Shown here in pieces: positions 1 through 10,964 of a DNA stretch of 64,000 nucleotides. Within the stretch, counting starts at the first letter, position 1, and each line of letters starts with the position of its first letter. The notes beneath the pieces were generated by a model. That model was not told the origin of the DNA. It did not search any database and saw only the letters and a list, made by a program, of their open reading frames with translations. This stretch comes from Azolla caroliniana (Eukaryota; Plantae; Polypodiophyta), in the NCBI GenBank assembly GCA_043228905.1, contig JBHGNT010000008.1, positions 13,020,001 to 13,084,000 of the forward strand, given 5' to 3'. The position numbers were made by a program, and so were the translations under genes.

Positions 1-212
1 CTCTCACTCTCTCTCTCTCTCTCTCTCTTTATACAACAATATACAACATCTAACCATAATCACATGAAGTGATTGCCCTAAGTCATATTTATACTTATAT
101 GACTTTTGGGGTATTTACACATATAACCTCACTAGGCTAATCATGAAACATATTTACACATATGTCCTTTGATCCGGTTTGCAACGGATCCATCCGGATT
201 CAGTTGATCCGA
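1..212 (-). repeat. Partial Tork-like Copia LTR (CT tract plus TATA-region inverted repeat)
   Basis: Contains TGCCCTAAGTCATATTTATAC..ATATGACTTTT, which is shared with the Tork LTRs at 16410, 18225 and 36295. Duplicated at 2910-3106. Confidence 0.7.
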
Positions 213-1927
213 TGTCGCGGAGAAAACCGTCCCTAGGAGGAAACGGTGGATAGTATGCATAAACCGGCCCTTGCACACGAGCACATGTTTTGATGTATGC
301 ACATAGTTAAGAATAGGCAGGTGATATAATTACCCTAGGTAGCACGAATGCATTTAGGTAGGGAATCGAGGAGGATCTCTGTCTGCTAGGACCGAGAATA
401 AAAGTGATATAACAGTCTGTAACGTCTCTCTCCTTGTGCTATAAAAGGAGAGAAAAAGGGTTGACTGGGGGATCGCGCGTTTATGTGAGGACAAAGTGCT
501 ATCGGACTGGGAATCGAGCTCTCTCCTCCACCATCGTTGTTATTTCTGTAGGGATTTTGGGTCAGGTTGGTTGCCTCTGCTGCGTGAAAACCCGCGTGCT
601 TTCGGTAGAGGCTCCACCACGTACTTCAGCGCACGTGTTCGTCTGTGTTGAGTTTGTCACCGGCTTGCCGGTTGTAACATTGCGAGCTCTGTAATTTATA
701 CTGTTATTGGAATTGATTCTTTCGTTTCTGTCTCTCTGTGTTTCTGTGAACCTCTCTTCCTCTTCTCTCTCACACTCCTTAGTTCAGGGCCCCCGCGGTC
801 CCACCTTATTCCCTACGCGTGAGCATAACAACATGACATCAATTTGGTGAACCCGACATGAAAGAAGGCGGTAGAGGAATCGAAAATGAGGGGATCAGAG
901 CTCGCTGAAGCTATGGCGGCAACAGTCGATCAGATAGTAAGTGCTTGCAAGGGCACGGGCGCCCTCGACAGGGCCATTGAAGCAATCGTCGGCACAATAG
1001 GCGGGTTCGATGGGAAGGACACCACGAGTTATTTGGTGGCCTACTGGGCCGAAATGGTAATGAGGGACATCCTGGAGGAGAGGCATCTGGTTGGGTTCCT
1101 TTGGCTAGCGACACCGGGCATCCACGCAGAGGTGCTCGGGGTGCAGGCTGGATGCCGTACCTGGGGGGAATTCGAAGCGCGGCTCCTCAAGCGGTACGGG
1201 TTTGATGACATGCTTCGGTTATCGAAGCGGGACTTTATGGATTGGGTAGAGACCCCAGGAAAGGGGAGGAATGTGTTGGTGATCCTCCGGAAGTTCGAGG
1301 AATGCTTCGCACGTCTTTCAGCACTGGATAGGACCGTACTGGACATGAGTCGTGTTCTTTTATTCGTCAAAGCTATGGACGTGAGGGATCGGGAGCAAGT
1401 GGGACTCCTTCTGGAGATGGACGATGGGCTGACGGCCGACTGGGCCATGGTAAAGGGGTTCTATGGCCATTTCGACAAACGGAGTGGGTGGGTCGACAAG
1501 AGCTCGTCGGGGGTAGGAGCGGTTGCGGCAAGAAACCTCGAGGGACCCCTGCCGGCAAGTAAGGAAGAAACCCGAGGCCAGCTTGAGATAGGTTCATCCG
1601 GCGTGGTGAAGGGCCTGTCCGGCGGAGCGGCTCTGGAAGAATTGACGCAGATTGTGCGAGACCTCCAGATCGCAGAGGCAAGGAGGGACGACGGTGAGCA
1701 GCCTCGCGATCGAAGGCCTTCGGGTGGACATCGGTGCTTGTGGTGTGACGTTGTCAATCACGCCCGGAAGGACTGCGTGGACTTCGCAGAAGCAATAACG
1801 GCTAATGTGGTGTACCAATGCAATGAGAGGGTGCACGCTAGCGAGACCCGGAGAGCCCTGGAGCTGAATATCGGTCAGGGAGGAATGAAGAGACTGATGG
1901 AAGAAGCGGCGGCGCGCCACGCGGAAC
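213..1927 (+). mobile_element. Gypsy element K, 5' part: LTR 213-838, tRNA-Trp-type PBS 845-862, gag from 886 (truncated)
   Basis: TGTCG start and ...GACA end. PBS TGGTGAACCCGACATGAA. Gag MRGSELAEAMAATV is homologous to the gag of element G and has a CLWCDVVNHARKDC knuckle. Confidence 0.85.
886..1927 (+). pseudogene. gag: Truncated Gypsy Gag (capsid plus CCHC knuckle); the ORF runs on into a duplicated LTR fragment
   Basis: ORF 886-2079 aligns with G gag up to AAARHAE, then reads LTR sequence. Confidence 0.8.
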
Positions 1928-2906
1928 AAGGAGGATCTCTGTCTGCTAGGACTGAGAATAAAAGTGATGTAACAATCTGTAACGTCTCTCTCTCCTTGTG
2001 CTATAAAAGGAGAGAAAAAGGGTTGAGTGGGGGATCGTGCATTTATATGAGGACGAAGTGCTGTCGGACTAGGAATTGAGCTCTCTCCTCCACCATCGTT
2101 GTTATTTTTGTAGGGATTTTGGGTCAGGTTGGCTGCCTCTGCTACGTGAAAACCTGCGTGCTTCCGGTAGAGGCTCCACCACGTACTTCAGCGCGCGTGT
2201 TCGTCTGTCTTAAGTCTGTCACCGGCTTGCCGGTTGTAACATTGCGAGCTCTGTAATTTATACTGTTATTGGAATTGATTCTTTCGTTTTTGTCTCTCCG
2301 TGTTTCTGTGAACCTCTCTTCCTCTTCTCTCTCGCGCTCCTCGGTTCAGGGCCCCCGCGGTCCCACCTTATTCCCTACGCGTGAGCGTAACAACACGACA
2401 TCAATTTGGTGAACCTGACGTGAAACAAGGCGGTAGAGGAATAAAAAATGAGGGGATCAGAGCTTGCCGAAGCCATGGCGGCGACAGTTGATCGGATAGT
2501 AAGTGCTCGCGAGGGCACGAGCGCCCTCGATAGGGCCATTGAAGCCATCGTCGGCACAATAGGCGGGTTTGATGGGAAGGACGCCACGAGTTATTTGGTG
2601 GCCTATCGGGCCGAAATGGTAATGAGGGACATCCCGGAGGAGAGGCATCTAGTTGGGCTCCCCTGGGTAGCGACATTGGGCATCCACGTAGAGGTGCTCG
2701 GGGTGCAGGCTGGATGCCTTACTTGGGGGGAATTTGAAGTGCGGCTCTTCAAGCGGTACAGGTTTGATGACATTGGACAGGACCGTACTGGACACGAGTC
2801 GTGTGCTTTTATTCGTCAAAGTTGTGGAAGTGAGGGATCGGAAGCAAGTGCGTCTCCTGCTAGAGACGAACGATGGGCTGACGGCCGACAGGACCATGGT
2901 AAAGGG

Positions 2907-2939
<33 letters not shown>

Positions 2940-3306
2940 ATACAACAATATACAACATCTGACCATAATCACATAAAGTGATTGCCCTAAGTCATATTTA
3001 TACTTATATGACTTTTGGGGTATTTACACATATAACCTCACTAGGCTAACCATGAAACATATTTACACATATGTCCTTCGATCCGGTTTGCAATGGATCC
3101 ATCCGGTGTCACGGAGAAAACCGTCCCTAGGAGGAAACGGTGGATAGTGTGCGTAAACTGGCCCTTGCACACAAGCACATGTTTTGATGTATGCACATAG
3201 TTAAGAACAGGCAGGTGATATAATTACCCTAGGTAGCACGAATGCATTTAGGTAGGGAATCGAGGAGGATCTTTGTCTGCTAGGACCGAGAATAAAAGTG
3301 ATGTAA
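1928..3306 (+). repeat. Rearranged tandem duplicate of K: partial LTR 1928-2400, PBS 2407-2424, deleted gag 2448-2908, Tork LTR piece 2910-3106, K LTR start 3107-3306
   Basis: Direct-repeat similarity to 370-1460 and 1-420. Confidence 0.85.
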
Positions 3307-4877
3307 TAGACTCCCCCTTCACTCCGGCATGGGAATTCCCGTTAATCCGATCTGTTTCCGACACATGTCCAGTTTGTTAGCCGACAGCACCTTGGTCAGC
3401 ATATTTGATCCGTTCTCCTTCATATGGATCTTCGTCAGCACGAAGTCTTGATCTTCTACTCTCTCCCGGATCCAGTGATACCTTCACTGGATGTGCTTCG
3501 TCTGTGAATGGTAGGCCGCATTCTTCGCAAGGTGGATGGCACTTTGACTGTCCCAGTAGAGCTGGAATTCCTCCTGCTGGATCCCTAGCTCTCCGATGAA
3601 GTCCTTCATACAGATTATCTCCCTGCCGTCTTTCACAGCTGTCATGTACTCCGCTTCCGTTGTCGACAGTGCAACGGACTTCTACAGCCTCAACTGCCAT
3701 GATACAACTCCCCCTGCATACGTCATGACATATCCGGATGTAGACCGGCTGGTATTCGCTTCGGCCGACATATCCGAATTCGTGGATCCGTCAAGTTGGG
3801 GTTTATCGGAGCCAAACTGGAGGCACATTCTCGAGGTACCTTTCAGATGTTGGAGTATCCACTTTACCGCGTTCGAGTGTTCTCTTCCCGGATTTCTCAT
3901 GAATCGACTGACTACTCTGACAACATAGGCAATATCTGGTCGGGTGCACACCATTGCGTACATTAAGCTTCCAATGATAGAGGCATATGGTATCTTCGTC
4001 ATATTCGACTTCTCTGCCTTTGTCTTCGGCCTCGGCTTTCCGAAAGACTTGCAATTTGCCGGAAGTGTCGATACGACCGGTTTCGCCTCTTACACGTTGA
4101 ACCTTTGAAGCACGTTTGTCACGTACTTCTCTTGTGACCACCATGACAGCTTCTCTGAAGAGTCCCAGATGATGTGCTTCCCCAAAATCTGTCCTGCTAG
4201 ACCCAAGTCTTTCATTGAGAAGGTCCGGTTTAGGGCCTTCTTCAACATTTGTATCTTCACTTGGTCTTGTCCGACGATCAACATGTCGTCCACTTAACGG
4301 AGCAATATCAAGAAATCTACTCCGTCAAATTTCTTCACAAACACGTAGTGATCGGCTTGCGTCTTGTGGTACCCTTGATCCGTCATGAAGGAGTCGAATT
4401 TCCGGTGTCGCGAAGATGCGCGTGCGAGCGTGCTTCGCTTGAGCGGGACCACCGAGGTCTTGGATCAAGGAGGATGTCTTTCAAGGTATTGAGAAGAGGA
4501 CGATGTGAATGTAAGATTGGAGGAAGACCTATTACACTTGAGAAGATTGAAGATTGTACACTTCCAGAAGTAGATAAATAATTACAAGATAGATGCGAAG
4601 AAGAAGAAATAGAAGCTTATATTATTGATGGTGATGATGATGGTCATATCATATTGAGCCCCCCCCTTACACAAGCCGTACTAGGGGTTTTATAGGTTTG
4701 TCCATGCACAAAACCATGGGCTTGGAGCCATGGTTTCTATGCACACATTTTTGCTTTGAGACATGCAGGAAACCATGGGCTTAAAACCGTGGTTTTGTGT
4801 ACACGGTTTTGTTCGTTTGTTTCCTACGGAATACTGAATATGAGAAAGAAATATAGAACATCTAAAGCACTTAGTAG

Positions 4878-4932
4878 TAGCTTTAGTGGTAAGGTAATTG
4901 CCTCTTATCTTAGAGGTGCAAGGTTCAAATCC
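4878..4932 (+). promoter_or_regulatory. tRNA-like Pol III A-box/B-box cassette in the H LTR
   Basis: TAGCTTTAGTGG at 4878 and GGTTCAAATCC at 4922; spacing 44. Confidence 0.6.
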
Positions 4933-5791
4933 TACTTGCAACCCTCTACATGCACTCAATGCCATTGTGACCTAGGTTTATTTATTTTCATTTTTACAAG
5001 TATTCGTGAAATGTGTGTGGATCCTCAATTTTTGATTTTTTCTCGCACTAGACATGCCACATCACGACATCCACCCCCACCAAACCGCACATCCTCCAGT
5101 ATGTGCCAAGAAGAAAAGAGTGATGTGGAAGGGTCAAAGGCGGTTGGTGTTTGATTTCCTCCTTTCTTGCTCCTCGTCCGCACCGTCTTTTTGCCGTCTA
5201 CTTCGAACTGTCGTTGCCATCCGATCCACCATATCATTCGCTCACCTGTTTTATTGCCATGTCTAGTTGTCATGGCTCCCTTTGCTCCTCCCGAGCATAA
5301 CGCTTCATGCCTCGTGCATGTGCCACCTTCATCTCGGCCATCTCCTTGGTCACTTAACTTTTCTTTATCATCCTTTCTCGTCTTATGCTTGCCTTTCCTT
5401 ATGCTCAATAGCCTCGACTGGATGTCCCGGCTCGTTTGCTTCGACCTCCGTCTAGGCCGGCTCAACTTCTGTCAAGATCGGTCTCGACCAATCAACTTTT
5501 GGCTTGGTCGGCCTTCGTTTGGATTCGCATTCGGCCGAATCGGACTCAGATGATTGACTTTCGTCCGGGTTAGTTTCCGTCCGGTTTTCAATTGGGTCGG
5601 GCCCGGTTGATCAACTCTCGTTCGGGTCGGCTTCCGTTCGGGTTGGAATACCAACGGCTTCATCTTCCATCCGGATTGTATTCCGGTTCTTCCTTTCTTT
5701 CCACTCTTTGGCTCTTCATCGAACTCTATTGTAGCTTTGTTTTTGGCCTCCTTGTTGGCCATCGTTCCTCTGTATGTGCTGGCTTCGACCC

Positions 5792-6724
5792 TCATCTCCT
5801 CGCCGCCACCTTCCATCTCTCCGGTCTTATGTTGGCTCTCGGGCACAACTGCCAAGTCTCCGGAACCGGTGTGGAGGGATCCCTTCGTCCGTGGTCATTG
5901 TCCTCATCGCCGCTTTGGTCCTTCGATTTCTTGCCGTCACCTTCCATCTCTCCGGTCTCACGTTGACACTCGAGCACAACTGCCGAAGTCTCAGGAACAA
6001 TTGTGGGGAGAACGTCGACACCATCGGTCACCGTCTTCTCATCCATAGCCATCTTTCGCTCAATGTTGTTATTCGCATTGTCTTCAATATTTTCTTCCCC
6101 ACCACTTTCCGTCTCTTGGGTCTCATGTCGGCATACCCTTTCCACTTTGGCCCAATCCTCAGTGAGGCCATTTTCACCATTGTCATCCTTGAGTTGGACT
6201 CCAATGGCCTTCCTTTCATTCCGATCGATTGACTTTACAAACATCAGAACTTTATTCACCCCCACCAATCTTCGATCCCGGTCTGAGAGTTGAGCGAAGC
6301 AATACTCAAACTCAACGAATGCATGCATAGCACTCTCGTGGGTCTTTCTCGATGACACCCATTCATGAAACTCATACAGACCTCGTCCCTTTTGCTCTTC
6401 GTAACCATATGATTCTCGTAAAGCTTCTTTGAAGGACACCCACGAATCGTGAGTTTTTTGAATCTCTTTAATCACTTTGAAGATCGGTTCGGCCACCACT
6501 CGACAAAAGTACTCCAGCCTCATTGCTTCCTCCACTCCTCTTGAATCCATTTCGACATTGTAGGCCTTTAGAAATTTTTGGACTTTGCCTCCATCGAAAA
6601 ACCCGACTCGCTTGATCATGCTTTCGATGGCTTGTTGGGCCGCATGTCGTGTTTTCCCTTCTCTTGAAAACTCCATCATCATCTTTGACATTGCCTTCAT
6701 TAGATATTCCTCGTCCAGCTTCAT
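5792..6724 (-). CDS. gag: Gag capsid-like protein of H (no zinc knuckle)
   Basis: 310-aa ORF starting 16 nt after the PBS. Shares FDG..FL..Y, FHEWV, VLMFVKSID and LTEDWAKV blocks with G/K gag. Confidence 0.75.
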   Translation of the reverse strand: MKLDEEYLMKAMSKMMMEFSREGKTRHAAQQAIESMIKRVGFFDGGKVQKFLKAYNVEMDSRGVEEAMRLEYFCRVVAEPIFKVIKEIQKTHDSWVSFKEALRESYGYEEQKGRGLYEFHEWVSSRKTHESAMHAFVEFEYCFAQLSDRDRRLVGVNKVLMFVKSIDRNERKAIGVQLKDDNGENGLTEDWAKVERVCRHETQETESGGEENIEDNANNNIERKMAMDEKTVTDGVDVLPTIVPETSAVVLECQRETGEMEGDGKKSKDQSGDEDNDHGRRDPSTPVPETWQLCPRANIRPERWKVAARR

Positions 6725-9700
6725 CCTCCCCTACCGCTCTTCACGTCGGGTTCACCAAAAAAATGTCGCGAAGATGCGCGTGTGAGCGTGCTTCGCTTGA
6801 GCGGGACCACCGGGTTCTTGGACCAAGGAGGATGTCCGTCAAGGTATTGAGAAGAGGACGATGTGAATGTAAGATTGGAGGAAGACTGTTGAGAGACAAG
6901 CTCAACATCAGCCGGATCGGCTGAAAAAGCCGAGGACCGGATCGGTTGGGACCGATCGGTTAGGCCGAGTGCGTAAACCGGGAGGTCGTTAGGAAAGATA
7001 TTCCGTGAGGAATATATTTGGGAGTTAGTGTAGGAGCTCTTAATGAGCGTTGAAGTACTGTCAGTACTTCAGTCAGTCCTTCTAGGACTTGTATAAAAGT
7101 GTTCATTGAACACACATATGTATAGAGTGGTGAATAGAGATTGTGTACTTCTGTTATATATTTTCTGTGTCTTCTCTCTCACTCTCTCTGTCTCTCCCGC
7201 GTATACCGTGTAAGCTCAAGCTGTCCATTGAACCTGAGTTTCCTTCCTTCTGTTCGGTCTTCATACTTGCTTCCGCACGTTACTTTCTACATGGTATCAG
7301 AGCACGAGGGTTGAGAACCTCTCTACAACCGACATAGCTTGACGAAGAAGAACGAGAAGAACGATGGATAGAGGCATGGCGAGCTCGCTTCCAACAGAGA
7401 AGCTCGACAGAACCAACTACGCGTCTTGGTCCTACAAGATGCACCAGTACCTGCTCGGGCACGGCTAATGGAGTTATGTCAAAGGAGCTAATGACGCAGC
7501 ACCCGAATCGACACACAGAGACTTCCCGTCGTGGGAACAATCGGCGAGCAGGGTATTATACTACTTCGCGTCGTGTGTGGGCGAACATCTATTGAGCTAT
7601 GTTCGGGATGCAAAGACGCCGAAGGGTGCGTGGGAAAATTTGAAGAAGATTTTCGCCACGAGCACCACAGCCAGGAAGCTACAGCTCCGACAGGAGTTGA
7701 GCAACCTACGACAACGCAACATGTCGGTGGCGGACTATACCTCGAAGATCAAGGATATCTGCGACTCCCTTGCCTCCATAGAGGTGAACATCGAGGAGAG
7801 CGAGATGGTCCAGATCTGTCTCGGAGGTTTGGCGTCAAAGTTCGGAGCGTTCCGAACGGCTGTGTGTACCCGGGAGAATACGCCGTCCTTTTTCGACTTA
7901 CAGTCAATGCTCCTGGTAGAGGAGAACCACGCGGGTGCATCTACAACCACGCACGCCGACAGCAGAATGTTGTACACGGAGGGAGATAGGCCCCGTGGAC
8001 GTGGAGGACGAGGCGAGTCAGGGCACAATGGAGGCGGCTGACGAGATCGAGGAAGAAGGCACCGAAGTGATGCCGACAGCAACTCCGGACCCTCCGGAAA
8101 CAGGGGGAGTCGAAGCGATGAGAACCGGCAAGGGAAGGCCATCACGGAGTGTTGGTACTGTGGCAAGAAAGGCCACAGGGATAGTGAGTGCTGGAAGAAG
8201 CGCGCCGATTCGGAGAGAACCGGTTCCGGAAACGGCTCCGGACATACCGACAAGGGAAATCGGCAGCGATCGCACTACGCCAAAGATTCCGGGAGAGCCG
8301 GAGAAGGGTCTTTCTTCGTGACGAGACACGAAGCAAACTCAATGAAACGAACCACCCCAAGATCGAACGAGGTATGGTACGTAGACTCCGGCGCGTCAAA
8401 CCACATGACGAGTCATATGGAGTGGTTCTCGTACCTTGAAAAACCGATACAACCTGGAGTAGTCGCAACTGGAGACGACACTCCGCATCCGATCGCGAAT
8501 GTCGGAGAAGTTCCCCTTAGCCATGTCGGGCAGAAAGGGAAACTCATGAACGTGTTGCACGTTTCGACAATCACGAAGAACTTGGTCTCGGTCGGACAGA
8601 TCATCGACCAAGGGATGGAGGTTTGGTTTACACACCTCGGGTGCTTCATTGAGGAAGAAGGCCGTGTGATTGCGCAAGGGCGCAGAGACGGGAGGGAGGA
8701 TGTTCATCCTCGACTCCACTGACGGCGGCACCCCAATGTTCGCGAAGGGACAAAAATCCGAGTCGGACATCGACTTGTGGCACAAGCGGATAGGCCACGT
8801 CCACCACCAGCGGCTTGAAGATCTGCAATCGAAACAGGTAGTGTTCGGATTGCCCAAATTCAGTGGCCGAAAGGCACAAATTTGTAAAGCCTGCCAGCTC
8901 GGGAAACAACACCGACTTCCTTTCCCAAACGAGCGAAACTGGAGCCGGAACAAGCTCGACCTTATACACTCCGATGTATGGGGGCCGGCACAAAACGTTA
9001 GTCTTGGCGGGAGCCGATATTTCGTCTCCTTCATCGACGACCACACGCGGTACACGTGGATCTACCTCATTGAGAGGAAGAGCAAAGTCTTCGACTGTTT
9101 CCGGAACCTCAAAGGGTTCGTGGAAACGGAAACGGGACGGAAGATCAAGTGCCTGCGGTCGGATGGCGGGAAAGAGTACTTTTCTAGTCAATTCAACGGT
9201 TATCTACAACAAATGGGAATTCGGCGCGAATTCAGTTGTAAATACACGCCGGAGCAGAACGGCGTGGCCGAGAGGAAGAATCGGTCAGTTGTGGAAGCGG
9301 CACGGGCAATGTTGGAGGAAAAGAGCTTGCCCAAGTTCTACTGGGCCGAGGCGGTAAGGACCGCGGTATACATCCAGAACCGGATCGGAGACAAAGTGTC
9401 GGCGCATGAGCTGTATTTCGGAACGAAGCCGAACTTGCGACACTTGAGGGTGTTTGGTAGCATTGCGTATGTGCATGTACCGAAGGAGAAAAGGAGGAAG
9501 CTGGACGCAAAGGTCGAGAAAGGTATCTTGGTCGGTTACTCGGACGAGCAGAAGGCTTATAAATGCTATAACCCTTGCACCAAACAAGCGCGTGTCAGCC
9601 GCGACGTTGTGTTTGACGAGTCCGCGTCCTGGTACCTGCCCCCGACTCCGAACCCTGCCCCCAATCCGAGCTCCGACGATGAGGTCAGCGAGGCCGAGAT

Positions 9701-10110
9701 GCCTCCGGATGAGCCCGAAATCGAGACCTGCGAAGAGAGTCCGTTTTCACTCCGGTTAAGTGGACCAATTGGACGACTGAGTCGGTACGACCAGTCTGAT
9801 GAAGAGCCGGCGAGTAGTGGAGACTCGGCCGTGCATTCCCCGCGCAGGAAGCCGAGGAGACGGCTTACGCGCAAAGAGAAAGGGAAGAAGAAGGTGTCGG
9901 ATTCCGGCATGGATAGGAACGAGTCAGACCGACACGAGTCCGATTCTGAGGGAACCGGTGATGGGTCTTTAAAAGTGAAGTCCGCATCGACCGAGAAGGC
10001 CTCGACATCGGCTAATGTGAGATTACGCCGATCTACCCGCCAGAAGAATCCTTTTTTGCGGTTCGGATACAACGAGTACATGGCGCATCATTATGCGTAC
10101 ATGACCCGTG

Positions 10111-10964
10111 TGTTGGGAGACAGGTCCCTCCGGATGGGAAGGGAGAAGAACAGTGCCGATGAACAAACTCGGCCGAGGCCGAGGCCAGATGAGGAGTACC
10201 CGACTACGGAGGGCCGGATGATGCAGACTCGGTGAAGACCGGATGAGGAGTACCCGGCTATGGAGAGCTGGATGGTGCAGACCCGGTATGAACCGGATGA
10301 GGAGTACCCGGCTACGGAGGGCCGGATGGTGCAGACCCGGTGAAGACCGGATGAGGAGTACCCGGCTACGGAGGGCCGGATGATGCAGACCCGGTGAAGA
10401 CCGGATGAGGAGTACCCGGCTACGAAGAGCCGGATGGTGCAGACCCGGTATGAACCGGATGAGGAGTACCCAGCTACGGAGAGCCGGATGGTACAGACCC
10501 GGTGAGAACCGGAGGAAGAGACATATTCGTAAATATGTTTCTGAGAGTCCATCGAGACTATATTTGTAAATAGCCGAAAAGTCATATTAGTATAAATATG
10601 ACTTAGGGCAAACTTTTAGTTGGTTGTTGTCATTCTTGTTGGTGCAAGAATAGAGAGTGTGCGTAACTGTACAGAGAGAGAGAGAGAGAGGTCGTTGCCT
10701 CTGTTGTAACCGCCGCCTGTGGCGAAGATCGTGAGCACGAGGTCGTTGCCTCCGTGAACTCACTGTTTTGTACATTCTTACATAGTGACAGTTTGCAGCC
10801 TATGGGCTGCCGTGGTTTTTTTCCCCTAGTTTGGGGTTTTCCACGTAAACCTCCTGTGTATCTTCCTTTTCTTTGCGTCGTGTTCTATTTCCCATTTTCT
10901 GTGTATCATTCTAAGCTCGGTTGTGTCTGAGCGTTGCGCATAAGGAACGTTGTAGTTCCCGTCA
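10111..10964 (+). mobile_element. Solo LTR J of the Tork-like B subfamily
   Basis: TGTTG..GTCA termini. TSD CCGTG/TCGTG with one mismatch. Reverse-complement homologue of the LTR at 17579-17863 plus 36210-36664. Confidence 0.9.
10180..10515 (+). repeat. About 6 tandem copies of a ~54-55 bp U3 repeat (CCGGATGAGGAGTACCCGGCTACGGAG...)
   Basis: Visible direct repeats. Confidence 0.9.

Noticed and set aside
4870-4945. Functional tRNA genes at the A/B-box cassettes
   Set aside because: Acceptor and anticodon stems are incomplete, so they are reported only as tRNA-like promoter modules.
5025-5966. Env-like gene in H
   Set aside because: The element-strand ORFs are short and charged, with no signal peptide or transmembrane segment. 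The hydrophobic ORFs are antisense.
10091-10585. Repetitive ORFs in Tork LTRs (also 21034-21228, 25851-26045, 36321-36764)
   Set aside because: They are translations of the U3 tandem repeats.
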